This document shows, piece by piece, positions 37,301 to 51,969 of a stretch of DNA of 60,000 bases; the stretch's first letter is position 1, and each line of letters opens with the position of its first letter. Position numbers and translations under genes: made by a program. The notes beneath the pieces were generated by a model. The model did not search any database. It worked only from the letters and a program-made list of their open reading frames with translations, and was not told the DNA's origin. Origin of the DNA: Lytechinus pictus (taxonomy: Eukaryota); NCBI RefSeq assembly GCF_037042905.1, contig NC_087251.1, positions 22,818,001 to 22,878,000 on the forward strand, read 5' to 3'.

Positions 37301-40300
37301 TGGGAGTAAGTGTCATGTGTCTTGCGTGCTTTGCTTATCCATAGCTCAAAATTAGCCCCCAAACCAGTTATTTCAGTTCTTAGTGTGTTGAAAGTATGCT
37401 TGATATCTGTTTTTTGCTGTCAGGTTCTTACTGAATTAGCCAAAGTTTGATTTGTACAGTGTCCTATATTACTGCCATGTAATAGACCAGTTTATGAACA
37501 TATTCCAAGTCTGTGCATAATATTCAAATTATTCAAATTCTATGCATCACTAAATTTTCTGAGTGATATTCAGACTTAATATAAAATATATTGTGTGTCT
37601 CATCTTCGCCAGAAAGATGCATATACAAATTTGACTATGTTATAAACTTGGTTTATGTTATCCTGCTTGATTGTGCCACCCTGTAGTTGAGGTTTGTGTG
37701 TCCATTTGCAAAACGTCAATGAATTTTAATAAGACCAATTCCAACAGGTTTAGTTGTATTTTAAATGCTATATGGTTGTTTGATGCAAATTTGTCCCCGT
37801 ATGGAGAGATTTAGTAGGATGCTTGTAAACTCACCAAAGAAATGTATGCCAAAATAGCTTGGATTATATTTCCATTTAAATTAGATTGTTTTCATGCAAT
37901 ATTGAAAATCGATAAGTTGTGGTGCTGGTCGTATATCATATTGCTTGTTTAGTTCATAATGCAAAGTGTGCTTTCTACAATATCAAAATTATTTTATCAA
38001 TTTATGATATAAAAAAAGTTTGGTATCACTTAAAGTAGCATTTGATTATTAAGATACTAGGTATCGTATCATATTATCATATATTTTCTATACACATCAT
38101 TAGAAATATCTATTTCATGTATAAAATGACATGATTATAATCCTGATTTATTTATTATTCCATCATTATTCTCAGACTTCGTTGTAGTAAATGATTCATG
38201 TTGTGAGATGGGTGATCTGCCAGAGTCTCATTATAAAGGTATTAATATATTTTTAACAGCTACACACAGATGCCTTTATAGGGATATCAATGGTATATAA
38301 AGAAAATCACCCAAAGGATATTCTATTGGCAGGAAGGAAAGCATGTAGCCACCTCCATTATAGATATTTAAGTAACATTTAGAGGACTCTAGTTGCATGA
38401 CACTTTATCATCGATGTTAAGGTTGCCATCAGTGGTAGCTACCGTGGCAACAGGGCTTAGCAGCCAATGAAAATAAAGATTACCATGGTAGATACCATTT
38501 ATGACAAGATTATCAATATTATCATGGATATCAAGTTTATTTATTTGGAATATAGATGGGCAATTCCATAATGTAAGTACGTCTGACCCCCGATATTTGG
38601 GAAATTCCTGAAATGATTTTAAAATTATCCTGGCTTGACCTGTTCATGAATTAAAGTAAAAATTGTTGAAAATTTGGGTCTTACATGTACATACAAAAAA
38701 ATGTTGATTATTTTATGGAATTGCTCAGATGTGGTTTGCTTCATAATTTTTATTTTGTTCATCTATGAAATTCTCCCATGCATGCCTGCATTCAATATCC
38801 TCAACCCCGACACACCCACTTTCATTGCACAAAAAAATCCTTCTCTTCTGCCCACTCACCCACAACGCACGCAGACACCGACTCCGCCCTGAACCAAAGC
38901 TTCGCCCTAGCCTCGTATGCCTCGGCCCTGTCACCTCTTGGCCTGGTGTCTGCCTTGAAGGGACGTCAGTTCTTGGCATCAATGAGGGGTCGTGCCCCAT
39001 CCCCTTCCCCCTCCTCTGTCTCCTCCTCTTCTTCTATACCGGTCCCTGAGAGGAGAAGGCAAAGCACCAGGGGTGAGTTGGTTTCATGTCCTTTAATGTT
39101 TCATGTCCCAGATATCTTGGTAGTGTTTCACAGACAGTTTAGTGTGGCTTAAAGTCATGCTTAAACACCAACGTGTTCATGACATTTAAAGCTGAAACTC
39201 GTTCATTAATTTACAGTAGCAGCTATTTCCTGACTATTATCTGGAGCCCCTAACACAAAGCTAAGCAATGATCGTAGAACAAATTTTCACGATTGATTGC
39301 ATTGACTACAATGTACAATCAATCGTAAAAATCAAGCGTACGATCAATTGTCATGCTTTGTGTTACGGAGCCCTGGTCTGGTCTTATACAACTTGCAATT
39401 GGAAATTATGTGCAATTTTTAGTCACACTCAAATCTTTGTAAAACACCCCTGGTATCTTAAATATTTGGTGTCCTAGAATTTACCTGGTGAAATTTATGT
39501 GGTTTGTGTGGTAACCTTTTTTTGTTTGTTATGTGTCCTTTTAGTGTCAGTTATTACATTATGTCTGATCTCAATTTTCTGTCGTTTCAAGCTTATCACC
39601 TGTAATCTTTAGAATACTTGGACCGAATGGTGATTACTGTTGGGTTGCTATAAGATCAATGGCATCTTTTTGTAATCCTGAGCTCTGGGGTGTTCCACAA
39701 AGATGTAAATTGTGATTCAACATCTCACTTGATTTCCCATTTGCATGTGTTATATACTGCATTGCATCACTGCATTGGCCAGATCATGCACAGGAGGTTA
39801 TGTTCTACTATCTATCCATCAATGAGATTTTGAGTTAAATAACATTGTACACATCATACTTCAATCTTTGTGGAACACCACCCAGGGATATCTTTCTAAC
39901 TCTTGTCTACAGTCTTCACTATGCCATTATTGAATATTTATCAATTAATGAAAAACAAAGCAAGATGAAAAAGCTAACAATATTACCAAGTCACTGGAAG
40001 GTTGCCACAATAGTGTTTGCCATATTTTAGTGATTCCAGGTTAGATATTAGAAAGTATAATAATAATACTAATAATAATCATCAGCCAAATCGCACTTGT
40101 CCTATTGCTTCTGCACTAATCACTTTCATTATTAATGCAAATTGCCTTTTGAATCCTATTCAAACGATTCCTACAAAGTATCAAATTAACAGTGCTTCCT
40201 ATTTGGTGTTTTAAAAAGACAGTATCTAGGTTAGGTACAACTCACCTCTGAACTTTCATGAAAGGGTAGTTTGTTGGGGATAAGTGGGGATAAAAATGTC

Positions 40301-43300
40301 ATTTTGTTTTTACCTGTCCAAAGACTTAAATTGTTGATCGAACCATTCTTGTATTGTAATAACAGGAGGGTGTTTTATACAGTTATTTCAAAAGTTATGC
40401 ATGTCTTCATAAATGAAGAAAATAATTCTAAACATGGTTGAGAAACCTACAAGAATTGCCATATTCCAGGTAGCTCACATCAGAGAGTCTAATTCTATTT
40501 GACAAGAAATAATTTTCAAGTCATTCAGCTTTTCATTAACTTTGAGTGACAGCCTGTATATTACACAGGAAATACTATAGGTGAAATCTACAAAAACAGG
40601 AGTAGATTTCATGACCAGCTGGTGATATGAACACTTGTTGAATTGAGTAATGTACATTAAATCAGCTAAACTGGAACTAACTGGCAAGACTTTGTGAACA
40701 AAGAGGAATGTAATTAACCATTAGCCAGTCTCCTTAATTAGCAATCCATAAGTGAAGACTTTCCAATATCCCTGCTTATATACACACTTGTAATACTGTC
40801 ATGTTGCAATATTTGGACTGAGGCGTATATGAATTAAGGTCAGTCAAAATGCTTTAATCTACACAGGCAGTGTTTGTCATCTCACTAAAATAGAGCATCA
40901 TTCATATACATCACATTGGAAGTGATTGCAAAACAATTAAAATGATTGCGCATAATGAGTGTGTATTATTGATAATTAAAAAAGCATGTAATGTATTGCA
41001 TATATATGAGCAAGGTATGAGTTTGCTCTATATAAAATATGAAAAATAAACATCAAAGACAGGAAGCAAAATACTAATAAATTCATTGACCCCTGTTTAT
41101 ATACGATACATATGCTATCAAGAGGATTACGTCCTTTAAATAGACACACCATTTATTGCTTAATTTCTAGATAGCTTTTATACGACCAGGTTAATTGAAG
41201 CATATTTTTTCCAAATTAAATTGTTGTTATACCTTAATCTCCAAAAAGTGCATTTTCTTGCCTGTCATCAGTAAAGAGATAAAAATCATTAAAAAACACC
41301 AGGAACATTTAAAATGGTCTGTATTTAGGAATTAAGCAGAGATGAAATTATGAAAAGGTATGTGACACCTACATAGGCTTTCATATGAGAAGTATGAATT
41401 TTTATGAATAAAGTATAGAATGCATTTGATCACTTTTCTTTTAACAATGATTTCTGTCATTGCACTAAGTTGGGGTTTTCAACCACTTTTCTTCATTTTT
41501 GTCTGTATAGATTTGTTATGTATGATTTTAGAAAGATACATTATATTTCATTATTTTTTATTCTATGAATATGCATGGACTAATATAGACATTACAATAA
41601 GTGCTTATACATGGCATGGCTTTTATTTATTAATCTATTTACAGTAAGTATATGTTGTGTTTATTGTATTATTAACATTCTATGTTTTATGTTCATTACA
41701 TTTACTGTATACAGGCTGTTAAGTAATTTTATTTGGTGCATTGTCGTTTAGTTATTTTAATTGTTTGATTTATTTATTTATATATTGATTTATATATTTA
41801 CTTATATATTTGTTTGATTGTTTTATGTATAATCATTTTAATTATTCATTGAATTAATTAATATAGTCTTATATTTTTGTCATTTTTCATTTTATTTTTC
41901 TTATTTAATGATATTTTTTTAATTTCCTTGAAACTAATTTTAGTACTTGTGGAGCTCAGAAAATTAGATACGTATTTGTTTGAAATGGCTCTACTAAATA
42001 ATATACAATAAACACAGAATTCAGTGGTCGGGATGTTTCAAGGTACTCTGATGAAATACACAAGTTTCAATAGTTAAATTTATGAATAAAAATATGACAG
42101 AATAAATCAGATATTAATTTAATTTGCTTCAAAACATTCACAATTTCTTATCTATCAAAGTGATGATGATATCTTATATTCAAAGATTTATTATCTCCGT
42201 ATAGGTCAAAGTCCAGGACTAACAAGTCCTGGTTTAACCAGCCCACCATCCCGTCGGACAAGCCGAGATGGTCAGAACTCTGACCAGTTGGTATCGCCTC
42301 CTAGTTCTGCCACCAGACCCCCTCCTCTTCCAGAGGTACCAGAAAAGCCCCCGGGTGTGTCTGTAGAGGGGGGTGAGTTACCCGCTGTACCCCCTACTAG
42401 GGATCAATGGGTACCTGATGATAAGGTCTCAAACTGTATGGTGTGCCAGGATAGGTTTAGTATGGTGAGTGAATAACATGAATCACAGGTGAAAAAAAGT
42501 GAACTGGAACTTGAACTTGAATAGTAGTAAAGTTATGATTTGGTCTACTATTTATTTTAAAAATTTGTATGATTTTTTTCTTTCAAAGAAAGATTTTGTT
42601 CAAAATCAAATATGCACACAAAAAACAAAAAACTAATATTGCATTTTACAGATGTATCCTACACTCTACAAGCTCCACAAATTTATCAACCTCCCCCATC
42701 TTCAACCTCTTTCCATAATTCTGTCGTATGTATTTCTGGAACATTTGTGAATTTAAATGAAGTTTTAATAGTTTTGAGAAACAGCCCTTCGAGTAATATA
42801 TATAATATAACCTTTTTATGAAAAATTAGGAAAAAGAATTGATAAAATCAATTAATTCATACATATATAAATATTGAGTAATTATGTTAGTAAAATAATT
42901 ACTGTAAATACGTTGGCTAATATCACGGTGTTATCTTACCAAACAAAATAGATATCTATTGATTTTAAAATAGATTGTATCTATTCATATCTTGAACAGT
43001 TTAACAGAAGACATCATTGTCGACGCTGTGGACGTGTTGTATGTTGGAAGTGTTCACAGTTGCGTGCGGTGGTTGATGGATATGGAGATACGCCTGTCAG
43101 GATCTGTGATCAATGCTATGAACGTTTTATCGCTCCTAGGTAGGTCTTCCTCATCATTTATATTTAGTGTAAAAATAAAGAAAGAATCAGGAAAAAAAGA
43201 AACATTTCTTTCTTGAAAAAATTATTTTGAATGCCTTGATTAAAATCTATTTTATGTGTAACTGCACTGGAATTAGTGTGTCAGCTTGTTGGCATGTTAG

Positions 43301-46300
43301 TCTGTGCTGTGTCTTTCACAGCCCTTTTCTGCATTTCCCTTTGTTTTATATATCCCGACATGGAGAATTAGTATGGAAACGATGCTAATCAGGGCTCCTG
43401 CAGAAAAAAAATGGCTCAGACTTTGTTAGAGTCACCTTAATATGGCTCCAGCAATAATGTGATGAGTAGTAAGAATTAATGAAAGTGATTTTTACCTTGG
43501 CTATTTTCACAGAGTTATTGATATTCTGTTTTATCAAATGGGTGTCAATGTCGTATGAATGTTAGAATATTGTGTTATATATAGCAGAGTAATGAGTAAT
43601 GATTTATTTTGGGCATGGGGCTATAGAAACTCTTGTTGGAATGCTCCCCAGGGAGTGGATAAAGTGCATTCATTGTGTGCAACCAAGCCAGGATCCAATG
43701 TCCAGGGTAGTAGTATATCTGGGCTTAGAGATTTTATTTAATAAAAGCAGAATATTATTATTATTAATGATTTGAAAACTAAATAATGAAACAGAATTTA
43801 AAAAATGCTAGAAGAAGATGAAAGGCCTCTGAGAAACTGGTTGTAGATATTGTTTATTAATTTATGCTACTGATTTGATTGATTGATCTTTTTAATTAAA
43901 TTTGTAATTATATTTCATGTAATTTTAAGATCATATGGAACTCCTCAAGCACTAGAACAAAGAATGAAAGGCAAAATGTCAGGTAAGGTTCATTATCCTA
44001 TTTATTTTGCTTTAAACATACTTATAAAAGTGTGCAAGGTTATATTTCAAAAAATGTAAAGAAAAATTATTCAATGGCAAAGACTGATGAAAAATGAAAT
44101 GCACTTGATTTAGTGATCGATCCATACAATTTAATTCTTAATGCTCGTGGCATTAATGCTGTCACATGTCATTGGAAATATTTTGGTAATTAAAGGACAA
44201 GTCAACCCCAACAAAAATTTGATTTGAATAAAAAGAGAAAAATCCAACAAGCATAACACTGAAAATTTCATCAAAATCGGATGTAAAATAAAAAATTTAT
44301 GACATTTTAAAGTTTTGCTTAACATCACAAAACAATTTTATGCACATCCTGGCTGGTATGCAAATGAGAAGACTATGACATCATCCACTCACTATTTCTT
44401 TTGTATTTTATTATATGAAATTTGAAATATTCTAATTTTCTCCTCATTGTCAAGTGATACAACGATTAATTCCTCCCTGAACATGTGGAATTAGCATTGT
44501 TAAATACTATATGGTATATTCAAGTTGGTCCTTATTGTCAAATCTATAAAAAATGAAATATTGTGTAATTCAAACAATAAAAAACAGAAGAAATAGTGAG
44601 TGATGGACATCATCGACTGACTCACCTAGTTGTGCATATCACTGTTTTGTGAAAAATAAGCGAAACTTTAAAATGTCATAACTCTCTTATTTTACATCCG
44701 ATTTTGATGAAATTTTTAGCACTATGCAGTCAGACTGCAGGTCCCAAGAAAGTGGCTTCTTTCATCCAAGTGATATTCATGACTTGAGATGTTTTGCATA
44801 TTTAATGAGCTTGATGCGGACCAAAACACCTCTTTTCATTCGGTCATTGCTGCTCTAATTATGCATCGAATTTCATGAATTTGGTACCATTGTAAAGAAG
44901 AAGAATCATTCTTTCAGGTCATGTGTTTGAATTTATTCAAGGATTTTGTAATATAGGTTAAAATTTTGATCTAAAATATGCTACAAAATAAATATTTTCA
45001 CCTGACAAAAGCTGCTATTTTCACACTTTATTTTTGTTTGAGCCCAAATGATTTTTATATCATGATAAAGCTGAATATGTATGCTTTGAAATGATATAGG
45101 TTTCAAAATAAGAATTGGTTTAATCGGGTCAAGATCACACTTTTCATTTGCCAAGTACATAAAGCAGCTTGAAATCAAGTATACTGCACTCTGATTGGTC
45201 AAAAAGACCACACAATGGCAAATTCCAACGGTTCCAGTGCTTGGGTTCGTGGGAAGGTCACACTTCCCATGTGGTAATCTCCTCAAATACCCCGCGCCTG
45301 TTGTTCTGTGAACCTTATCCAGCCAATCAGAACTCTGGATTTCATGCAAGTACAAAATTTTAGAAATCTCGTCTTGTACCTTGGTGGGAAAAGTGTGATC
45401 TTGACCCGATTAAAAGGTGCCGCATATCAAGAGTGGCATTGTGAGAAAGTACAGAAGTTCAGCTTTATGGTGATATAGATATCATTGAGGCTCAAAATAA
45501 AAAGTTTTGCACAATTTGCCAAAGAAAACAGAGGAAGAAAACTCAGTTTTGAGGCACAATTTCAGGCCAGAAATTTACTTATTTAACAAAATATTGTATA
45601 CAAAATAAATGACCAATATGAAAGGGTAACTTTTACTCTATCTGATGGTGCAATAATATTTCATTTAACTTGAGGTTAAAACAGGTAAATTCTTAGAGAA
45701 AGAAAATCTCACGAATCACGAGATTTTGCAAGGAGGAGGATTCAGCCACGAGATGATTTGGATGAATCTGGCCTTTTTGCTCATTAGCATAGGGACCTGC
45801 GGTCTGACTGTATGCTAGTTTGATTTTTCTCTATTTATTCAAGTCAGCATTTTCCTGGGGTGGACTTGACCTTTAAGAAGTTACAAGTACAATTTATCAT
45901 TTGAATGCAAGAATACATATTAGATTATCTGATCTGTATTGTTTTGTTACTATTTCCATTCAATTTGTTTTATTACCTTATCCAGATATTGCATTTCAAG
46001 TTTGTAGATACCTTAATCTGTTTTAATTTTTTCTGTAATTAAAATTTTGAAATTTTTCCTTGAAATGTATGTAAAGTTTAACTGTTGAAAATTATGCTAT
46101 CCCAAAACGTGCAACTATAGGGACCCATACATGGTATGTGACAGTACTGTGTCTAACATTAAGGAGTGCGTTTTCTCATTTCTCACACTTTATTTTGTTG
46201 AAAGTTAGGAATCAAAGTTCTAGGTATACAAGTCATACACCTTTTGGTTCCTTTTTTTTTTGGGGGGGAGGGGTGTTTATAATATATGCTTGTTTTTTGT

Positions 46301-49300
46301 CAATGAAAATAAGTGAATCGTATTTCCATATCTTACTGACTGGACATGGTGGCTCAGTGGTACAGCGTCCATCTCAAGAACAGGAACTCACGGGTTCGAT
46401 CCCAGTCCAAGTCATACCACAGACTTTAAAAATGAGACCTTCTGCCGTCTTGACAGGCGCTCGACATAATGAATGTAGAAGTGAAATAATAACATTATGT
46501 TATGCAGGGCTCGCTGGGAGAACAGTTCATAAGAGCTAAAGTGCTACCCTGGGTAAATAGAATTATTATTATTACTGTAAAGATTCTTTTTTATATACAG
46601 GAGGAAGAGGATCTGGAGGATCGGGGACCATGCCATCAGTCTCACAATCCTTAACACCATCTCAGCCAACCCCTGAGCTAGGTATGGGAGGGGAGGGGTT
46701 GACAGAGTATGGTCCTGTCACTGATTGGAGATTATCATTGGATGAAGAATACTGTAGTATGGTCAGAGAAGATTTCTACTATGAACAGGTTTGCACTTTG
46801 CTTACAAACGGTTGATATTTGTAGATATGTTAGTAGAATGTATGTACTGTACACTCTGTATTATTAGAGGAATATCAAACTTGATGGACAATTTTGTACA
46901 AGGTAGGGAAGTTGGCATGGGTTTTATTTACATTTGATTCACTTTATTTAATTTATTGTTATATTTCTGTGTCACAATCTCCTTTATAATAATAATAATA
47001 ATGGAACCCATGTCCCTCAGATTGAAAGACGAAAGTCATAACCACTAGACCACTATGCCTACACGTCATATCCACATACCTCACATATAGACAACCTATT
47101 GAAGTTGAAATGTTCACAAGGATCATCTTGCAAAATTCTTAAATTAAACTACTGTCTACCATTTGATGTCGTGTTTATCATACTAATTTGGATGGGAGTA
47201 TACAGAATGAGATTAAAGTAAAAGTCTTTGTTCTTTGCAGGCTCCCAGTACATCCCTATGTCTATCCATCTTGGAGCTTCACTCTGACCCAGGGGCATGT
47301 GGTCACCTGATTCTTCTACTGTGTCAAAGGTTATCTGAGTATCTCAGACCGGTCAGACCAGGTGAACCAAACACTGAGGTGGACTATAGTCTTGTTCTCA
47401 GGTAAAGATTCTCTTCTACAAATGTTAATGTTCTGTCATTTTTTTTAAATCAAGAATATCCTGTTGAAAGAAAGGGTGGAGGTGGTGCAGAAAATGTTGT
47501 AGATAAAAGACAATTTTTGTAAAGTTATCTAAAACAGAGGGGAAAACCTTTGAACTTTATTCCAGGACAATTGAATAGTACCAAGCATTGTTGCTAAAGC
47601 ATTACTGAACAAGAAATGATTGTTTGGAGTTATGGCACTTGTTGGTCTTGATACTATAATAGTACAGTAGGTTGCACCCCAAAAGTCTGAAACCGAGCCA
47701 AAATGAGTATTTTGTAGTTTTCCAGCTTTAGAGTGGTGTAGATTTGGCTAGATTACTTTGTAGGCTTTCTATATTAAAAGTGATTTGGTTAATGCTGGTT
47801 CGGGTGAATGATGTAAAGTGTATGGATCCGTCCATGGTTTAGAATTGGTCATTATAAAGAGTTTGCCACAGAGTAGATGCTTGCACACTAAATACAGTCT
47901 TGGTTAGCTTTAATGATTTATAAATAAAAAAGTGAAAATGGCTTGTTTATGTGTACTATTCAAATAAAGAATGTCCACACTAAATGAATGGCCATTCTGG
48001 TTAGCAAAACAATTACCATAACAGTTATTATGCAGTTGTTCTGCAAGTAGTTTAGTATGATTGGGGACATAGTTACCCTGACCATATGTATGTAGGCACC
48101 TTAATTGTTTCATTTCATTTCCAGTGTAGTGCTTTACACATAGGAAAAGACTACATTCCTTCATATGACTTTGACCATGTCTGATTCTTTTTTACTCCAG
48201 CATGATGCGTACTTTATTGCTGAACAGCAAGCTGAAGTTCTTAGGTTCAGGAGACAGTGCTAGCCTAGAGCTGTGTGATACCTATCTTGGTCATGTGGAT
48301 CTTCTTAATATGTTTGTTTCAAGTAACTGCACGGATATACCAAGTATTCAACAACTCACACAGATAGATACTGCAAGGTATGAATGTGCATTTTATTGAA
48401 ATTTATTCATCATTAATCATATTGATATATTGGTTTGTTTATAAATCTATTCATACTTTTAACTTTATTGTTGTTCTTTTTTCTTTATTCCTCTTGTATT
48501 GTTTGTTTTTGTTTTGTTTTGGGGGTGGAAGGGGTAGGGGTCAATATCAATAAAGAATCTTCAATTACTACATATCCTGATTGGGTGTCAAAGTTCATCT
48601 TGAGTTTATTAGTTTTATTTAAATGGAGATGTCTGGAAATTATGGATAGATACTGCAAGGTATGAATGTGCACTTTATTGAAATTTATTCATCATTAATC
48701 ATATTGATATATTGGTTTATGCGGATCATATTTCAATTTTTCATTGATGTCACCCCCCAGACGTATCCGAGACAAGCTTGTCCTGTCAGAGCGTTTGTCC
48801 CTTGCCATGGAGGTCTCCACCAAGTGTGGGCTGGATCCTGGAGCTGTGTGGGCAGCCTGGGGACTCAGCTGCCTCCAGGCTGGAGATTATGAAGGAGCCA
48901 GGGAGAAACTCAGTAAAATACTGAAGGTAAAATATTCTGAGGCAAGGAATTTTTCAAATTTATGATGCACTTAATCAGTGGGAGGTAAATTATAGCCTGG
49001 TATCACTTGAATGTAGTATTTGTAAAGCTATTTGGATATCACTTTAATATGTAGTAAGTGCTGTATTAAATTGGATTAATTTATATCACTATCCTTATCT
49101 TCATCATAATTGTCATCATCATCACCATCATCATCATCATTACCATCAACATCATTGTCATCGTCATCATCATCATAATCATTATTATCATCATCATCAT
49201 CATCATCTGCTTACTTCTCATCATCATTACCACCATCATAAACATAGTCATTAAAATGATTTAAAATATGATATATGGTACCAAACAGAAGATACTCATA

Positions 49301-51938
49301 TCGTTTTTCATACTCTGTTATCATACCAATTACAGTACTTATGTTCTGATAACATCCTGCACTTTTTAAAAGGTTCAATGTATTTGATTAATAACATTGA
49401 AATTCATATATCCACTAAAAAAATAACAACAAATGCATATGTCATGAAAAACTCATGTTGAGCATAATGTCATTATGATTCCCCAGTAATAATCACTGAC
49501 TATTAAATGTAACACAACAAGTTATCAGTTATCCCCAAATTATGTATTTAGAGTATACCTTGCCAATTTGAGATGTGTAATTATTATTTTTTTCAAATTT
49601 ACTTTGTGTTGTGTTATTAGACCCCTACAGATAGGAACCAAACTCAGGGACCCAATAAACTGTTACAGGAAATCATCAAGATTTTGGAATCCTCAGCTGG
49701 TCAAACGATTAAGGTAATCCATTGCTCAGTTTATGGAATATTGTAAGTGTAGTTCTTGTATTCATTTCAATACCTAAATCAATTTGGATGTAGTTTTTGA
49801 CAGGTGATTGGAAGGTATGAGTCAATAATTTTTCATTATGAAACTTGATAGCAAAAAGAGTAAGCAAATATTTGTATCTTTTCCAGATTGTATGATTTTT
49901 TATTTCAAAGAAATCCTCCCAACTAAAAGTATTCTAGCAGTCTTTTTTCTTTTTTTTTCACTCTGCCTTGAATTTCAAATGTGTATCATGTTACCCTTAT
50001 TTGTGTTTTGTAGGTTCAAGACATCTTGACACTGTCTGCTAGTTCTATAAAGGACTTTATCTCACAGCCGTACAAGGTAATGATCCCGAACTGTATACTT
50101 TCCAAATGAAAATCAGAGAACATACATTATTTCTCCATTGCTTCAATGTATTAACATTTGTAAAATCCTAATATGCCTTCTCCCATAAGTGAGATGATAC
50201 TACAAATATAATCAACTATGTCTTCAAGTAACTCTTAAGGAATCCTTGGCAAAAATTGTTATAGAGCTCTTCATATAACTGGCCACAACTCACTCTGATC
50301 TGTCTAGTTATATTTTATTGCAGTCAATTCAAAAGATTTTGTGCAATTTATTTGCCAGTGCATGAAATATGGAACCAGAATGTGTATATTTCCTTTACTA
50401 CATTCTGAACAAGCAGGGTGTAACTTACATTTTTTTATATCGGTACACATAATGTATGGTTCCAAGAACATCTTTGGTGGAATATATTAAATATTCTTAG
50501 TAGATTTCTACTTGATTTAGTGGTCAAACATTGCATTTTTTTGCTCCTTTTCCTTTCCTTTTTACAGATTGTACCAGAGTCAGATAAGTTGACAGAGAAT
50601 CGTGCTCTTAAAGAATGTGTATACTACATTGAGACATACAGTTCACACCTAACGGCTATTCAGTTCTATAAGAGACATGGGATGTTCCCAAAGGCTGTTA
50701 TCTATATTCTCCAAGAGGTATCAAAATCATATAACTCCTTCTTTCAATATATGAATAGTGTGAGATGTTAGCATTGAAGTTTAAAGATCGTTAGGCATCA
50801 TTCTTCGTGGAGAGTATGATACATGCAGTGTCTTTATCTATTTACAGATGTCCTTAATTCAGTGGAATTAAGTTTCACAACCAATAAATGTTGTGCAATT
50901 TTTTCTGGATAATTTTTGCTCTCCTCGCCTGAAAAAGTCATCATTTCCCCATCTCTTGACTGAAATTTGCCAAATCCAGGAAGGGGATATTTGAACAATT
51001 CAAATGTGAAGTATTATAGTTAAAATTTGGTATTTTCAAGTATTTGGGTATTTATGGTAGTGTAGAGATATAGATCCAGCAGATGAACTTCATACATGTA
51101 TATCTAGTGCCCTAGTTGGTGTTTGTTTTACACCAATACAACACCTAATTTGAAATCAAGGATTGTTATTACATTAGGGCCTTTCCATATACAGGGTTAT
51201 AGTTGGGTTGATTCAAATCAATCTCAAATTATTTTTTTTTAATGTATGTTGGTAATGTGTGATATGAATTGCATCTCTTTGTGAGATAATACTGTTAAGA
51301 TTTGTCCTCTCCTTCAGAATTAAAACAAGAAATGAGCGGATGGGGGGGGGGGGATGTTTCAAGTTACATGTGTCTCAATATCAAGTTAGTATTATATTAA
51401 GAGTTGGGAGCAGGATGTAACACATCGTTGGATTTGCCAGATCTTGTTCATGGGAGGCACACTGCTGGGTCATCTCTAAATTAGATTATATTTCAAATAT
51501 GTAAGCACATTTATATTGCTTTGTAGCATTCAGAATACAATGAATCTTGTATATATCCTTTCAGCAATGTTCTAATGAGGTATTCCTAGAGGGTTTGTTG
51601 GTGCCAAGCATAAAAGAAGGACAGTTTGGGCAACTGCAGGAAGGCATGCTGAGAGTAGATCCCTCGTTAGTTAAATGGCACCCTTACCTGACAGCATCCT
51701 GTCGTCATGTCAACCGTCTAGGCTGGAGCCACATCCTCTATCAGATGCAGCTCTTCATGAAGGCAAGTAACTAGATAGCTTGAATTAAGATTGTCTTAAT
51801 GGAAGACTTATAAAGGCAAACATAAGTTCATGTCTGAGTAATTACTAGCTTACTAGTTCTGCTGCTGCTAATGGTGATGATCAATAATGAAGGGAATGTT
51901 GGGAATGATGATGATGGTGATGCTGGTGATGATGATGG

Positions 51939-51969
<31 letters not shown>

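Noticed and set aside
38729..38892. Alternative acceptor ctcag at 38728 for exon 29
   Set aside because: In the required phase it runs into a stop at 38890-38892; the acceptor at 38874 keeps the frame
41636..41730. Possible microexon or recursive splice site in the 3.1-kb intron
   Set aside because: acagtaagt lacks the AG|GT junction, and the 8-nt candidate near 41715 would shift the frame
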